Source: Stegostoma tigrinum (taxonomy: Eukaryota). From it: a stretch of DNA of 64,000 nucleotides. The stretch is taken from positions 20,276,255-20,340,254 of the forward strand of contig NC_081357.1 of NCBI RefSeq assembly GCF_030684315.1, in the 5' to 3' direction. Below are positions 38,795 to 52,794 of the stretch, piece by piece (within the stretch, counting starts at the first letter, position 1; each line of letters starts with the position of its first letter). The translations under genes and the position numbers were made by a program. Under the pieces are notes generated by a model that saw only the letters and a program-made list of their open reading frames with translations, was not told where the DNA came from and ran no database searches.

Positions 38795-39270
38795 TGTAGT
38801 GGTAAAGTCAGAAGACTTTTGATTCCAGAACCTCCGGGCTAATGTTTTGAGGAGATAGTAGGAACTGCAGATGCTGGAGAATCTGAGATAACAAGGTGTA
38901 GAGCTGGATGAACACAGTAGGCCAAGTAACATCAGCGAAACAGGAAGGCTGACGTTTTGGACCTAGACCCTTCTTCAGTAAAGAATCTAGGCCTGACACC
39001 TAGTTATCTCTAATGTTCTGAGGACATGGTTTTGAATCCTGCCATGGTAAATGGTGAAATTTGAATTCAACAAAAATTTGAATTGGGAACTGATCATAAC
39101 CATATAGTTTTGTAAATTGTCATTAAATCCCCATCTGGATCACTAACATCCTTTAGGGAAGAACATCTGCCATCCTTATCATGTGTGGCCAACTTGTGAC
39201 TGCAATGTAACTGAATCTCAACTATTCTCTGGTCATTTGGGTATGGACAATAAATGCTGGCCTAAAAAAC
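38795..39270 (+). mobile_element. SINE family 2 (diverged) with a nested Penelope-derived insertion (38854-39009)
   Basis: SINE head, duplicated ctaatgtt(t/c)tgagga, then SINE body and tail aataaatgctggcct. Confidence 0.75.
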
Positions 39271-40894
39271 CTTTGTCACACTATGCATGGATTCTTAAGG
39301 GGCTTAACAGGATAAATGCTGAAAGGATGTTTCGTCTCATGGTTTAAGAATAAAGGGACGCCAATTTAAGGCTGAGATGAGAGGAATTTTTTCTCTCAGG
39401 ATTGTAAGTCTTCGGAACTCCTCCCCATAGAGAGCTTTTGGGGCAGAGTTCCTTTCTATATTTAAGGCTAAGATAGATAGATTATTGATCAGTAGGGGAA
39501 TCAAGGGTTATAGGGAAAAGGCAGGAAGGTGTATGTGAGGAATATTGGATCAGCTACGAACCTACTGAATGGTGGACCAAGCTCAAGCTGAGCTACCTAC
39601 TCCTGTTCGTATTTCTTACTGTCTTATTTGGAAGATCACAATGATTATCTCTGCCTACATGATATTCTTGCCACTGTTGCTGTTCTTCTCCCTGACCGGT
39701 GACTCAAACTTACTTGAGCTGTTTGCAACCTGGAGCTGAGCTTCTGACCCCCGACCTCTGCAAACATGACTTCACTGCTTCCATCACTATGACATCACCA
39801 GTCACATGTCTTACTTCTGATCCCCTGCAGCTGGGTCACTTCTGAACATGATCATCCCACCAAACTCTAGGCCTGTCTCCCATCCTGCATTCTGTATAAA
39901 CTTCAAAGTATTCAACCTTCTTCTGCCTGTATTCTGTACTGTTGACCCCTGTCTACCCATCCTGTCCTTCATCCCGGTCCACATTTGGCTCCCAGTCCAT
40001 TCAAAACCTCCTAATATAAATTGCGCATCCTTCATGGGTTTGTTCCTTCCTGAACTTCCTTGAAAATTCTCCCTGTTCCTCAGCCTCAACCTTTTCCTCC
40101 CAAATCTGGCCAATAACACCTCACTGTCTGCCACGCCTCTTCATTCCTCTCAAACTTCTACTGTACTCCCTTCCTGCTCCCAACAGTTAGCTACATGTCC
40201 TCAGCCACTAGATTCATACAGTTTGGAGTTTACTGTCTGAAGCCCTCATACTCTCTTCCCTGAGCTATACCCTAGAGACCATCTCCCTTCAAGCTTTGGC
40301 TTGGTCTCCTAGATTTTCCACCTGGACAGAGCACCTATTCTTTTTCTGATTTCCTCTCATACCACTAGGATGTGCTTTTTGACATTCTTTCTACAGAAGG
40401 AGAGCATCAAAATTCAGGATGATGCGGTTAAGTAAGAGAAGAAAATTAAGTTAGCAGGTGTATGAACTTTGTATTTTAGTGCAACTCCTACAGACAGATA
40501 TTGTGACCATGCGACTGCTTGGCTCAGAGAGTGAGGAATAGTGTGGGAAATGTAGAAAAACTGAAGCAGTTGTTCATTTTATACTGGATTTTAGTGACCT
40601 TGGAATGGGTTCAAGGCACTGAAGGGTCAGATTACATCTTGAACCACAAGAAGCATATATTTCAACCAAGATGAGATTGCTACCCTGAAGTCACTTTGTG
40701 CTTATTTTAAAACCCATTACTGTTGTACTTTTAACTTGGTGTTCTGTTTTTGTGTACTTTTTATGAAAATTTTGGAAGAGATTTTCCAATAAATCTTGCA
40801 AGGGGAATCAAAAAGCAATTAGTTCAAATCACCTGATTGTGTGACTGTATGACACATTTCATCACAATATCCTTCTTTTAATGACTGATTTTGT

Positions 40895-41170
40895 ATCACC
40901 ACTCCATATGTTGTCTAAAAGTCCTCGTCAACAGCAAGCTCTAAATTTGTCTCTCTTCAGTCTAAACCACATTTTATTTTTGTTTGACCATCATGATGTA
41001 ATTTGAAGTAGAATTCTCCGGCATTGTCAGACATTGCTACAGTGACAGATCCCATTGTAGTCTCAGCCCTTGGCATCGTTCTTAGTAATTTCTGTTCATT
41101 GAGAACCAGAGCAGCTCCTGTTTCTGTTTGAAATCCACTCTGCCAAAGCATAGTGTAACACTGTTGCACT
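40895..41170 (-). mobile_element. Old RTE-type LINE endonuclease remnant
   Basis: LWQSG...GAALVLN...EFYFKL...KRD..EDF resembles RTE APE motifs (SG...GVA, EFYxxL, GDFN). Confidence 0.4.
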
Positions 41171-41744
41171 AGTCACAATACAGACTGTCATATTAAAAAG
41201 GAGAGATGTCGACTAAGGAACAGTGTAACTGGAGTACCTGGGTGCACAGGTTGTAATCACAAGGCTCGACGTAATGTGGCCCCCTGTTCCCAGCTAAAAT
41301 ACAGATGACAGGGGAGTTTTTCTGTCACTCACACTTCGGCCTTGCAGATGAAAATACCTATGATTGATTTTCTGCACGTCATTCATATTATTCAATCACT
41401 ACACTAGGTTGAAGAAATAATCAGTCTGTATTATGCGTCTGTTGCAATTTGTTCAACAAGACACAAAGCTGAAATCCGGAAGAATTGTGTGTTCAGTTTG
41501 CTGCAGTTAGGTAAAGATGGTTTATTAATAGAACGCGTAAATAGGCTTTGCATGCTTTCCTGTTTGTGGTTAAATACTCTGGTTTGCTTGGAATCGTACC
41601 ATTTGGTACGAATTCCATTTTTCAATTAACCAAGCTGACGTAGAATGGGTCTCGGTGTCTCGGTACTCCTATACCATTATGCATCAGTTCTGAATGCTGC
41701 AAATAATAAAAAGATGAGCATGTGAAAATGATAAGAATGCAGTG

Positions 41745-42059
41745 ATAATCAGATTAGATTCCCTAAGTGTGGAAACGGGCCCTTTGGCCCAACAAGTCCA
41801 CACCGCCCCTTGGAGCATCCCACCCAGATCATCCCATTATAACCCACACACCCCTGAACACTATGGGCAATTTAGCATGGCCAATCCACCTAGCCTGCAC
41901 ATCTTTGGACTGTGGGAGGAAACCGGAGCACCCGGAGGAAACCCACGCAGACACAGGGAGATTGTGCAAACTCCGCACAGAGAGTTTCCCGAGGCTGGAA
42001 TTGAGCCTGGGTCCCTGGTGCTGTGAGGCTGCAGTGCTAACCACTGAGCCACCATACTG
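41745..42059 (-). mobile_element. HE1-like V-SINE
   Basis: Same core as 874-1216, well preserved (ggtggctcagtggttagcactgcagcctcacagcacc...). Confidence 0.87.
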
Positions 42060-42289
42060 TAATAACAATGAAAAAGGTCGAGCTTGGCTTTAATGAACAA
42101 TAAGAAATCAGATGAAGAGGAATTTTAAGATCCAAAGAGAGACAGGTCGAAGCAGTGGAGCAGCTTTTTAATTTACATAAAGGCAAACCAAAAAGGAACG
42201 GCAAAGAGTTAGATGGCCGTAACAAGAATTAATTATTTTTTACAGAGCTCTCTGTCTGAAAGTTTGACACATTTATAATAAGATCAATG

Positions 42290-43200
42290 AACAAATAGCA
42301 CAAATGTGATAACAGTTGAAAAGTAATCACCCAATACAGAAACATAATTGCAAGGTGACAGGCTTGGAAATAAGTGCAACAGTGTACATAACATTCTGAA
42401 GAGACAGACAAGATAGGAAAGGAGGTGGAGTATCCCTGGTGGTTAAGGATGAAAAAGTACAGGAGTGATAAAGGACCTTGGCTCGGTATACCAGGAATTC
42501 AAATTATTCACATTGAAGCAAAGGATAGCAAGCATCAGAGTACCTGATGGGAGTGGTATACAGGCCCACAAACAGTAATTAAAATACTGGACAGATAATT
42601 AAGCAAGGTATTGTTTGAACTTCAGTGAGAATGAACAACTTGAATACAATTGAATTCCATATCAGGTTTGGGAATGATATAGCCAAGTCTCAAAAAAGGA
42701 CCTTAAAGCTAATTACCTGAGTATAAGGGGACAGCAAATTGTGATTGATTGATTGAATAGATTACAAGATATAACGGTGAATAAACAGTGTGAATAGTTA
42801 AAGGAAATGATTGAAAATGTTCAGCAAGCATACGTTTAAATCAAAATAAAAAAAGTCTTAACAAGACACATCTATGGTTTACTGGGAGGTTGAAGATAAT
42901 TTTGGATTAAAATTATAAAAGTCAACCTGAGAATTGGGAGAGTTCTAGAAACCAGCAAAAGATGACTAAAAAGCTCATAAAAACTTGAAAATAAACAGAC
43001 AATAAATTAGACAGGAATATAAAGTGAGATAATAAGTACATTTATAAATACATAAAAAGAAGATATGTAGCTAAGTTACATATTGATGCCTTAAAAGTAG
43101 AGACAAGAATTATTATGGGAATGAGGAAATGGCAGAAACATTGAAGGAATATATTGTGTCTGTCTTCAAAATATAAGGCACAAATTAGATACCAATGTTA
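42290..43200 (+). mobile_element. Very degenerate CR1 APE-endonuclease region
   Basis: Remnants resembling AITE, RDR..GGGVxL and GVVYRP, plus AETLxEYFxSVF. Confidence 0.6.
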
Positions 43201-44119
43201 AGAATACAATAGAAACTAACCACAAGGTCAGTAAAAGTGAGGGATGTCTGTCCATCAGTCGAAGTTAGGAATTCCACTGATGGGTTTCATCTTGGTATGT
43301 CTATTCATGAGGTTACCCCACCCTAGTAAATCAATTGGACATTTCCCCACACCTTATGTCTTCTGTGCATATATCACAAACGTCACCTGATGCTCGACAG
43401 CATTCTTGATGTTCCCTTTTAAAGAATAAAAGGCAGTTTCAGAAGATTTTGGACGAAATATAGCCCTTGTTTAAAGTAAAGAATATGACATACTAGGCTT
43501 AGCAAGTGAAAATAAAGAAGAGGAGGATGCGTTTAGTGTAGATGTTGGGGTTTGAAGAATAAATGGTGAAGAAATATAGTGCTAGGTTTGTATATTTGCT
43601 TTGTTTAATTCTTGTATAATTTCATATGAAAATGTGAAATGTCATGGATGTAATTCTTTTAGTTAATAACTGTGAGTTCATATATATTTTCAAGAGTTGA
43701 CGGCCTCCATTGTGATCGTAATGAGATTTTAAGAAAATATTTGACACCTTAACAAATAAAAGGCTAACAAAATTTCACGCATGAAATTGGTGGGGTTGTC
43801 CAATTGGATCAGAAATTGGCTGAAGGACAGAAAACTGCAAGTCACAGTAAATGTTTGTTTTTCAGGCTGGAGGCTGGAGGTTGGTGCTGCTCCCCAAGGG
43901 TCAGTGTGAGGACCATTTTCTCTTTTTGGCTACAGTTTTGGATCTTAAATATATTTGAGGCTGAGGTTGACAAATTTTGGTCCCTCAGGGAAACAAGATA
44001 GGAATGGAGTTTAAAGTAGAAGATCAGCCATGTGCGTATTGAATCTCAGAGCAGCCTTCATGAGAGGAAGGGAATGTGCTCTATTTCTGCTCGTGATCCT
44101 TGCATTCTAATTTTATTAT

Positions 44120-45180
44120 TCTTCCATTGCATGTGGATGTCGCTGTCAAGACCAGCATTTATAGCCTTTCTCCAATTCAGAAGGAGATGGTGAGCTGCTT
44201 TCTTGAAGTGCTGAAGTCTTTGTGGTGTAGGTGCGCCCACAGTGCTGTCCGGAAGGGAGATCCAGGAGTTTGATATTGCTACAGAAAAGAAGTAGTGATA
44301 TAGTTCCAAGACAAGGTGCTACGTTGCTGGGAGGGGAACCTACAGTTGATGGTGCTCCCTTGCCTGTCTTTCAAGATGGTAGAGGTCTCAGGTGTGGAAG
44401 GTGCTCTTGAGGGACCCTGGTGAGCTACTGCAGTGCACCATGTAGGTGGTACACTCTGCTGCCTGCCAATATGTGTCAGTGGTGGAGGGAGTGAATGTTT
44501 AAGGAGGTGGAAGTAGTGCCTGGTTAAGTGGAAAGCATTGTTGTGGATGCTGTCGAGCTTTTTGTGTTTTTTTTAATTCATTCATGGGATGTCGCATTGC
44601 CTGTCGCTAATTGATCTGGATCAGATAGTGTTAAGCTTCCTTCTTGAACTGCTGTCCTCTGGAGGGTATAGGGACACCCATAGTGCTATTGAGAAGAATT
44701 TTGGCCCAGCAACCCTGATGAAACAGTGATATATTTCCAAATCAAAATGGTGCGTGACTTGGACAGGAGAATGCAGCTTCCCATGTACATGCTGCCGTTG
44801 TTCTGCAGGGAGGTGGAGGTGGTAAGTTTGGACGATGCTGTTGGATGAGCCTTAGTGAATTTCTGCAGTGCATCTGGTAGATGATACACATTGCGGATAC
44901 TGAGCATCGGTGGCGAAGGAGTGGATGTTGAATGTAGTCGATGTAGTGCCAGTCAAGTGAGTTGCTCTGTCCTGGATAGTGTCAAGCTTCTTGAGTGTTG
45001 TTGGAGCTGCATTCAGCCAGGCAAGTGGGGAGTATTCTGTCACACTGCTGACTTGTCAATGATGAATGGGCTTTAGAGAGTCAGGAACTGAGTTAGTAAT
45101 TGCAGGATTCCTAGCCTCTAGCACACTTTTGTAGCCAGTGTTTTTCTCTGGCCACTTCATTTCAGTTTCTGGACAGGAGT
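44120..45180 (-). mobile_element. Two adjacent antisense fragments of the same second LINE family
   Basis: EYSPLAWLNAAPTTLKKLDTIQDRA on the minus strand; two separate 3' tails (about 44125 and 44575). A further antisense fragment lies at 29320-29760. Confidence 0.75.
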
Positions 45181-45588
45181 GTTATTAGATCTAGGCAGGT
45201 GGAGAGCATGCCATCACATTCATGACTTGCACCTTGTAAATTTTGATGGTGAGATTTTAAATTACAGTATGTACTAACATCAGAAATCAGAACCCAGTTA
45301 AGCACATCGAAAGGTAAAATTGATGAGAATTATATTTAGGTATATTCCTGTGACCATGTATAATTATCTTCCACCATCGAGTTAGTGATACCTGCTTTCA
45401 AATGTGTGTTGTGTGAGTGATGTCTTCGGGAAATTTGACACGTGTATTGGACCAGAAAAGGTTGTCTGTATTTGTACAATTAGTTTCTTGTCAAGAATTG
45501 TTTGATTTTTTCTTTATTTCTTGAATCATTTTGATCTATTACCTAATGATGCTGTTTCTATTTTAATGAGTTTTTTTTCTGTTACTAG

Positions 45589-45725
45589 TGGGCATTTGGA
45601 GTTACAATGTGGGAAATAGTTACACGAGGGATGACCCCTTACCCAGGAATACAGAATCATGAAATTTATGACTATCTGCATGGGGGCCACAGGTTGAAGC
45701 AGCCTTCTGACTGCCTGGATGAGCT
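45589..45725 (+). CDS. MERTK: MERTK exon (~exon 18), kinase C-lobe
   Basis: ttttctgttactag|TGG...GAG CT|gtgagt; 137 nt; [46 protein letters not shown]. Confidence 0.96.
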
Positions 45726-45799
45726 GTGAGTATGTCATACACCTATGGCCTGGTAGTTTTTCACAAGAAGCAAATTAACCTCCATTAAACCCAAGTTAT

Positions 45800-46672
45800 C
45801 AGCTGCAGATGCTGGAGAATCTGCGATAGCAAGGTGTACAGCTGGATGAACACAGCAGGCCAAGCAGCGTCAGAGGAGCAGGAAGGCTTCAGAAATCAGG
45901 GAGGGGAAGGGTGTTCTGAAATAAATAGGGGGAGAGGGGGCAGTGGATAGAAGGTGGATAGAGGAGAAGATAGCTGGAGAGGAGACAGACAGATCAAAGA
46001 GGCGGGAGTGGAGCCAGTAAAGATGAGTGTAGGTGGGGAGGTAGGGAGGAGATAGGTCAGTCCAGGGAAGACAGACAAGTCAAGGGGGTGGCTTGAGTTT
46101 AGTAGGTAGGAGATGGGGGTGGGGCCTGAGTTGGGAGGAGGGGATAGGTAGGAGGAAGGACAGGGTTAGGGAGGTGGGGACGAGCTGAGCTGGTATTGGG
46201 ATCCGGTAGGGGGAGGGGAGGTTTTAAAGCTTGTGAGGTGCTACACCTGCCCCTACACCTCCCTCCTCACCCCGAGCCCAGGTTTCAAGAAGACTTTCCA
46301 CATCAAGCAGATGTTCACCTGCACATCTGCCAATGTGGTATACTGCATCTGCTGTTCCCGTTGTGGCGTCCTCTACATCGGGGAAACCAAGAGGCTTGGG
46401 GACCGCTTTGCAGAACATCTACGCTCGGTTCACGCTGAACAACTGCCCCCCCCAGTCGCAAACTGTTAAACTCCCCCTTCCATTCTGGGCCTCCTGCATT
46501 GCCACAACGTTGCCACCTGAAGGTTGCAGGAACAGCAACTCATATTCTGCTTGGGAACCCTGCAGCCCAATGGTATCAATGTGGACTTCACCAGCTTCAA
46601 AATCTCCCCTCCCCCCACCGGATCCCAAAACCAGCCCCTCCTCCCAACTCAAGCCCCACCCCCATCTCCCTC
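45800..46672. mobile_element. Penelope-like element: inverted 3' repeat (-, 45800-46230) fused to a GIY-YIG endonuclease fragment (+, 46233-46672)
   Basis: CYTCPY...FTCTSANVVYCICCSRCGVLYIGETKR..DRFAEH is a PLE-type GIY-YIG with CxxC. 46110-46238 and 46585-46672 are reverse complements of each other. Confidence 0.85.
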
Positions 46673-47975
46673 CTAAAGGGAGGGAGGCAATACGTAAGAA
46701 ATTACAGACCAGTTAGTTTATCATCTGTTCTTGGCAAAGTGTTAGAATCAGTTATCAAGGAAGAGATATCGGGACATTTGCAAAGTCGAAACACTATCTG
46801 TCAGCATCAGCATGGTTTTATGAAGAATAAATCATGTTTGAGTAATTTGCTAGAATTCTCTGAAGCTGTAACAAGCAAAGTTGGTATTGGGGATCCTGTA
46901 GATGTAATATGTCTGGTCTTCTGGAAGGTATTTGATAAGGTGCCACACAAAAGGTTAATTCACAAGGTTGGATCATATGGGATTAGGGGTAATTTATTAC
47001 CTTGTACAGGTGACTGGTTGATGGACAGAAGACAGAGAGTCTGTCTGGATGACAAGAAGTAATTAGTGGGGTGGCACAGGTCAGTCCTTAGAACCCAGTT
47101 ACTTACAATCTACATTAACGACTTGGGTTAGGGAAAGAAGGCTCTATCGCCAAATTTGTGTTTGACACAAAAATAAGCAGGATGGTGAATTGCGATGAGG
47201 AAATAAAAACCTTACGAATGGATATAAATAGGTCAGAGTAGGCTAAACTGTGGCTGATGGAGTTTAACATGGATAAGTGTGAGTTCATGAGTCACAGAAA
47301 ACTAACACGCAGGTACAGCAGTTAATAAAGAAAGTGAATGGAATATTGGCATTTATAGCTAAATGAATAGAATTGAAAGGCAAGGAAGTATTGTTGTAAC
47401 TATACAAGGCATTGGTGAGACCACACCTGGAACATTCTGCACAGTTTTGCTCTCCTTATTTGAGGAAAGATGTAGTGGCATTGGAGACAGTTCAGAAGAT
47501 GCTCACTAGATTGATCCCAGAGATAAGGGATTTGTTGTATGAAAAGAAATTGATCAGTTTCGGCCTATACACTCTGGGATTAGAAGAATGAGGGGAGATC
47601 AAATTGAGGTATTCAAGATGATAAAAGACATGGAAAAAATAGATGTGGAGTGGATGCTTCCTGTTGTGGGGCTTTCTAGGACGAGAGGTCATCGTCTTAG
47701 GATAAGGAGGAGCAAATTTACAACAAAGTTGGAGAGAAACTACTTCTCCCAAAGGTGGTGAATCTGTGGAATTCACTACCCCAAAGTGCGGTTGATGCTG
47801 GGACAGTAAGTAAATTTAAGGAGGAGTTAGACAGATTTCTAATTGGTGATGGATTAAAGCTTTCGGGAGAAGGCAGGAAACGAGGTGAGGAGCATATTAG
47901 CCATAATCGAATGGCGGAACAGACTTCAATGGGCTGAATGGCCTAATTCTGCCCCTAAATCTTATGAACTTACGA
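46673..47975 (+). mobile_element. Degenerate CR1 RT and 3' end
   Basis: NYRPVSLSSVLGKVLE...QHGFMKNKSCLSNLLEF...FDKVPH; 3' end gggctgaatggcctaattctgc...cttatg. Confidence 0.87.
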
Positions 47976-48354
47976 GGTCAGCCAGTCTGGCACCGTCTGT
48001 GGAGTTAACACTTCAAGCCTGGTATGACTCCTCTAGTTCTGAGGAAACGTTATGTTGGATTTGAAATGCTAGTGCTGATTCTCTCTCCTGTGTGAACTGT
48101 TGAATTTCTGATGTTTTGCTTCAGTTTCAGGTTGGCCGTGATTTTATTAAATGCTAGAACAGGCTCAGGGGGCCAAATGGCGTACTCCTTTTGTAGTTTC
48201 CATGTACATAATCTTACAGTTTGAATTTTAATAACATTTAGAAATGGCCTTAAGGCAGTTAAGTACCAATCAGGCAACCTGTTCCAATATGCCTGAACAA
48301 GAAAGTGATGGTAATTGGTTAAAATTTGAAGTGATTCTGTCTGTTTGATTTTAG

Positions 48355-48817
48355 GTATGAGATTATGTACTCCTGTTGGCGAAGTGATCCTGCAGACCGA
48401 CCAACATTTACCGACTTAAAAGTGTTTCTCACCAAGTTTTTAGAGAGTATGCCTGAAATTCGAAGCAAGGAAGAAATTATTTATGTCAATACAGGTAACC
48501 CTGAAGAGCAGAGTGCTCTGACTGAAGAGCCTACCTTTTCCGATCTGCACCCATGCGATTGCAATGAAACAGAACCCTGCAGTCTGAGGCCTGCAGAAAC
48601 TACTGTCACTGTGGAAATCCATGAAGCCATGGAAACAGAAGACAGATACGTCATATCTGGGGTATCTGAAGAACAGTTGAACACATTAGATGCAAAAACA
48701 CCTTTGTTGCCTGGAGTGAGCCAAAGTAACGGGACAACATCCCTTGAAACTAGACCCCACTCTGAGGATATTCCTTACGCTGATGATTCATCCGATGACT
48801 CTGTTATAATGCTATAA
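48355..48817 (+). CDS. MERTK: MERTK last coding exon (~exon 19), kinase end and C-terminal tail
   Basis: tttgattttag|G TAT GAG ATT ATG...TAA; YEIMYSCWRSDPADRPTF, YVN (Grb2-type site), DRYV, ends ADDSSDDSVIML*. Confidence 0.95.
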
Positions 48818-49224
48818 AGGACTGCTCATGAGCTTTGTTCTGCCTGTTGCTGGACAGATCGAAAGTACTGCCAGATCCAAATATATATTTGTACATTTTG
48901 TTTTAAGAAAGTAATCAACAAATTTTGCTACTGTGACGAAATTCACCAGTATGTTTTTTATTCAGTTGTTAACTCATCTGAGAGCGGTCTTCTCACCAGT
49001 CCAGTGTTTGGGACTTGGTGATAAATCAGGGATCATTTTGAAGGTTTGTATATTTGTACACAATTACTTCCTAGTTCTGAGGATTTTCAGGGCATTGTAA
49101 GAATTGATACAGCATTTGAACTGTCTAACAAATATTTTTGTACTTAGTATTGGAGGCCTTAAAATATGAATTATTTTTTCCCATATATAACTGTCTCCGC
49201 ATCAATTGATGGGGGCCCGAATTG

Positions 49225-49230
49225 AATAAA
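49225..49230 (+). promoter_or_regulatory. Candidate MERTK polyadenylation signal (first AATAAA after the stop)
   Basis: AATAAA about 410 nt after the TAA in AU-rich 3' UTR-like sequence. Alternatives lie at 49891 and 53652; the sequence alone cannot show which is used. Confidence 0.4.
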
Positions 49231-50419
49231 GCAGTGTTCATTTCACATGATGATATCACAGGGAAAGACTATCCAGCCTGTTTCCGTTCATTGCTCGTGG
49301 TGAAATCCTAGTTCCTGTTATTTCTTTCACTGGCAAAGAACTTATTTTGATGTTCTCCCAAGGTATTTGCCTCACTGCTCCATGTGGAAATCTTTTCCAA
49401 GTGTATTATTTGAGTGAGGAACAAAGTCCTGATACCACTCCTGACTTTGCTTTTAAGTATTATATGACAAGTCTTAGATTTTTGAAATTACATTCTGATA
49501 TTTGATGTCCATTGGTATGTTTCATTTATAGTTAATGTTTTAGATCTAGCTGACTTTATTTCCTCAAAGTTCAATGGACTGGCCAATCGCTGGTGACAGT
49601 CCATAATCTGCTGGTAAACTAGTCGTTAAATGGGTAAATACTAAACAATCTTAATTCACAAAACAGGAGATGGTCATTTAGCCCATTGTTTCTGTTCCAG
49701 TTGTATGTTAGAGCAATCCAGAGCTTATCCATAAACCTTATCCATCTTTAGCTGATTCCTTATGGGGAACAGTCTCAATGAATAATCAACACCTTTAAAA
49801 GCAGCCAGTCTTCAGTTGTGAACCGAGATGATCACTGTCCTTGAGATTCAACCATGGCCAAATGCTCAGCTGCTGGTATCATTTGATTCCAATAAATGAC
49901 TGGTATTCCCTTCTCAAGATGAACCCTCTATGACTGTGGTGTAGTTATATTAACCAACCTGCTTGGACATGCTGTGACACACCTTCAGAGAAGGTGGTTC
50001 AGCTTTATGTTGTTTAATTTATGTTGATATCAGCTTAGATCTTTGTTATCTTCCTTACAGGAAGTGGTAGTGATACATTATGCTACTTCATTGAAAATAT
50101 TTTGCCCTTGACTTTATTAGGCCCAAACCCCTCCTCCTCCTCAATGGAAGAGGTAAGGGTATTGCTTAGAAAACTGGACTTGTTTTTTGACTTGTTAGTT
50201 AGGTGTTAAATGACCTGATGGCAGAGATCTTGCTGCCACTGCTATGTAGTGTCAGATTTTGACCATTGATAGTTATCCCTGAATACCTTTGTGAACTTTG
50301 TTCAAAACAATGGAGAGACTGCCATCATATGGAACTGTTTCACATTGTTTAGTCAGTTATTACTTGCTGAAATAATGCACAATCAATTTAAATCACTGAT
50401 TATTTTGAAGCATAAAAGC

Positions 50420-50920
50420 ACAAAAGATATGAATGCATTAGAGAGAATGTAGAAGTGATTGACAAGAATGGTTCCTGGGAGGAAGATCTTCAGTTGTGAG
50501 GATAGATTAAAGAAGTTGGAACTGTCTATCTTGGAGAGATGAAGGCTGAGGGAAGAGCTGTTTGAGGTTTTCAACAAGATGAGTGTGCTCGCTAGCGGAG
50601 ATGGGAGAATTTGTTCCCACTTGTAAAACAAACAGAAATGAGAGGGCACAGATTTAAAGTGATGTGCAAAAAAAGTGAGGGTGACAAAAACGTTTTCACA
50701 CAGTGAGTACTTAGGGTACGGAATGCATTGCCCGGAAATGTGCTGGGGATTCAATTTGAGACACTCAGGGGGCATCGGATTATTATTTGGATGGATGTAG
50801 TGTACTAGGGTATGGGGAAACAGCAGGAGGTTGGCACTGGGTAATGATGTTGTTTGAAGTGCCAGTACAGGTTCAGTGGGCCAAATTGCAGCCTCTTGAA
50901 CTGTAAGAATTCTGCAATTC
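50420..50920 (+). mobile_element. CR1 3' fragment
   Basis: ALERxQK..TRMVPG and FSQxVxRxWNALP remnants; 3' end gggccaaattgcagcctcttgaactgtaagaattctg. Confidence 0.72.
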
Positions 50921-51404
50921 AATTTTAAAAATAAAGATCACGTGGCAAAGTATCGTGATAAAGCTAAAATCATTCAAGTGGCCAATTTTTAAGTGAGCCT
51001 TACTGTATTACAAGCAAAGAATTGTACAGTTACCAAGCATGCAACCATGGCACATGATTGTAAGGCAATATAGATTATTCATGTAGATCTACTGTGAGAA
51101 CGTTTAAATCCTATTTGACAGATTTTGACAACTTTCATGTGAGGATGTGCATTGTGTTGAAACGCTTTGCACAGCCAAACAGATAAAACACAACACTTCC
51201 TAATTTTTTTTTGATGTTGTTAATAAGCACTTGTTGGTTGATTGACCTGCTAACCATCTGCCCTCACCAGACACATGCTTTCCTCCAGCCATTACATCTT
51301 AGATTATGTAACTTAATTTATTTCTTCCTCTTTTACTTTCTCCTTCCTTAATCCTATCCAGCCATGCTTTTCTCTGTACATTTTCCCCCTTTGGTTGGAA
51401 ATGT

Positions 51405-51890
51405 GGAGCCATGTATGAATAAGCAGTGTCCATGCCAAACATAATCCCAAACTACACTAGTCCCACCTGCCTGTTCCTGGCCCATTACCCTCTAAGCCTT
51501 TCCTCTTCATGTACTTATCCGAATGTCTTTTAAACATTGTAGTTGTATTATCAACCACTTCCTCAGGAAGTTCGTTCCACATGCAAACCACTGTCTGTGT
51601 AAAAAAAGTTTGCCCCTCATTTTTTAAAATTTAAATCTGCCTCCTCTCACCTTAAAAATGTGTCCCCTAATCTTGAAATCCCCCATTATAGGGAAAAGAC
51701 AACTACTATTAACTCAATCTATGCCCCTCATTATTTTATAAACTTGTATAAGGTCGCCTCTGAACCGACACTCCGGTGAAAAAAGTCCCAGCCTAATACA
51801 GCCTTTCTTTATAACTGAAAACTTCCATATTTGGCAACATCCTGGTAAATCTCTTCTGAACCCTCTCCAGCTTAATATTACCCTTCCTAT
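51405..51890 (-). mobile_element. CR1 3' fragment, antisense
   Basis: Reverse-strand ORF2 C-terminus and UTR; shorter similar pieces at 28375-28570 and 60840-61010. Confidence 0.72.
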
Positions 51891-52587
51891 AGCTTATGTG
51901 ATCCAGCCTCATGTGATTTCAGACCCACAACAATGTGGTTGACTTGCCTTCTGGAATGGCCTGGCAGTTCAAGGGCAATTAGGGAAGGGCAAGAATGCCA
52001 ACAATCTCCACACTTCATTATTTGATCATTCATCTCTGGTTACTAAATCTGCTTCAATTGACCTTTGCAACTTTGAAGCTGGAGTGAAACTATGCCTTGA
52101 GCACGTTTGAATTTTATGATTCTATAGTTATGACTTCTGTAAGTATAATTGATGCAGTGTTTCATGGTACCTCGAAGGTCACTGACTCATTTTGCTCGCT
52201 CTGACATGCATTAGAACTGGACTCCCAGCCAGGAAACCAACTGGACTACTTGCAAACTAAAACAGAAAAAGAAACGAGAAAGGGAAAAAACTAATGGACA
52301 GCATGAGAGTTTAAAACATGCACAAAGCACAAAACCAAATTGGGAAGAAATCCAGATTGGATGGTGCATGTGGTGTGGGCACTGTTGTATTCTTTGTGTA
52401 TTAAAGGCTAATCCTACACGTGGGCAATCCATGAACTTTAAATGTTCTTACATACAACAAAGAGCGCTGAGAGTTTTGGCACTGTCACATTAATTGTAAC
52501 TTAGTAAAAGCAATTACTTGGGAGGCTTAAGGCATTCCATTTTCATGAACTGTATCTGTCGTGGTACAGGCTGGGCTTTATGTTCCT

Positions 52588-52794
52588 CTATAATAGGTCA
52601 GGCAGCATCAGAGGAGCAGGAAAGCTGACGTTTCGGGTCTGGACCCTTCTTCAGAAAGATGGTGACTTCTGAAGAAGGGTCCAGACCCAAAACGTCAGCT
52701 TTCCTGCTCCTCTGATGCTGCCTGGCCTGCTGTGTTCCTCCAGCTCCACACCTTGTTATTCTCAGACTCCAGCATCGGCGGTTCCTACTATATT
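52588..52794. mobile_element. Penelope-derived fold-back insertion with TSD tttatgttcct
   Basis: 58-nt inverted arms (52599-52656 and 52667-52724, one mismatch); 11-bp direct repeats at 52577-52587 and 52795-52805. Confidence 0.82.
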
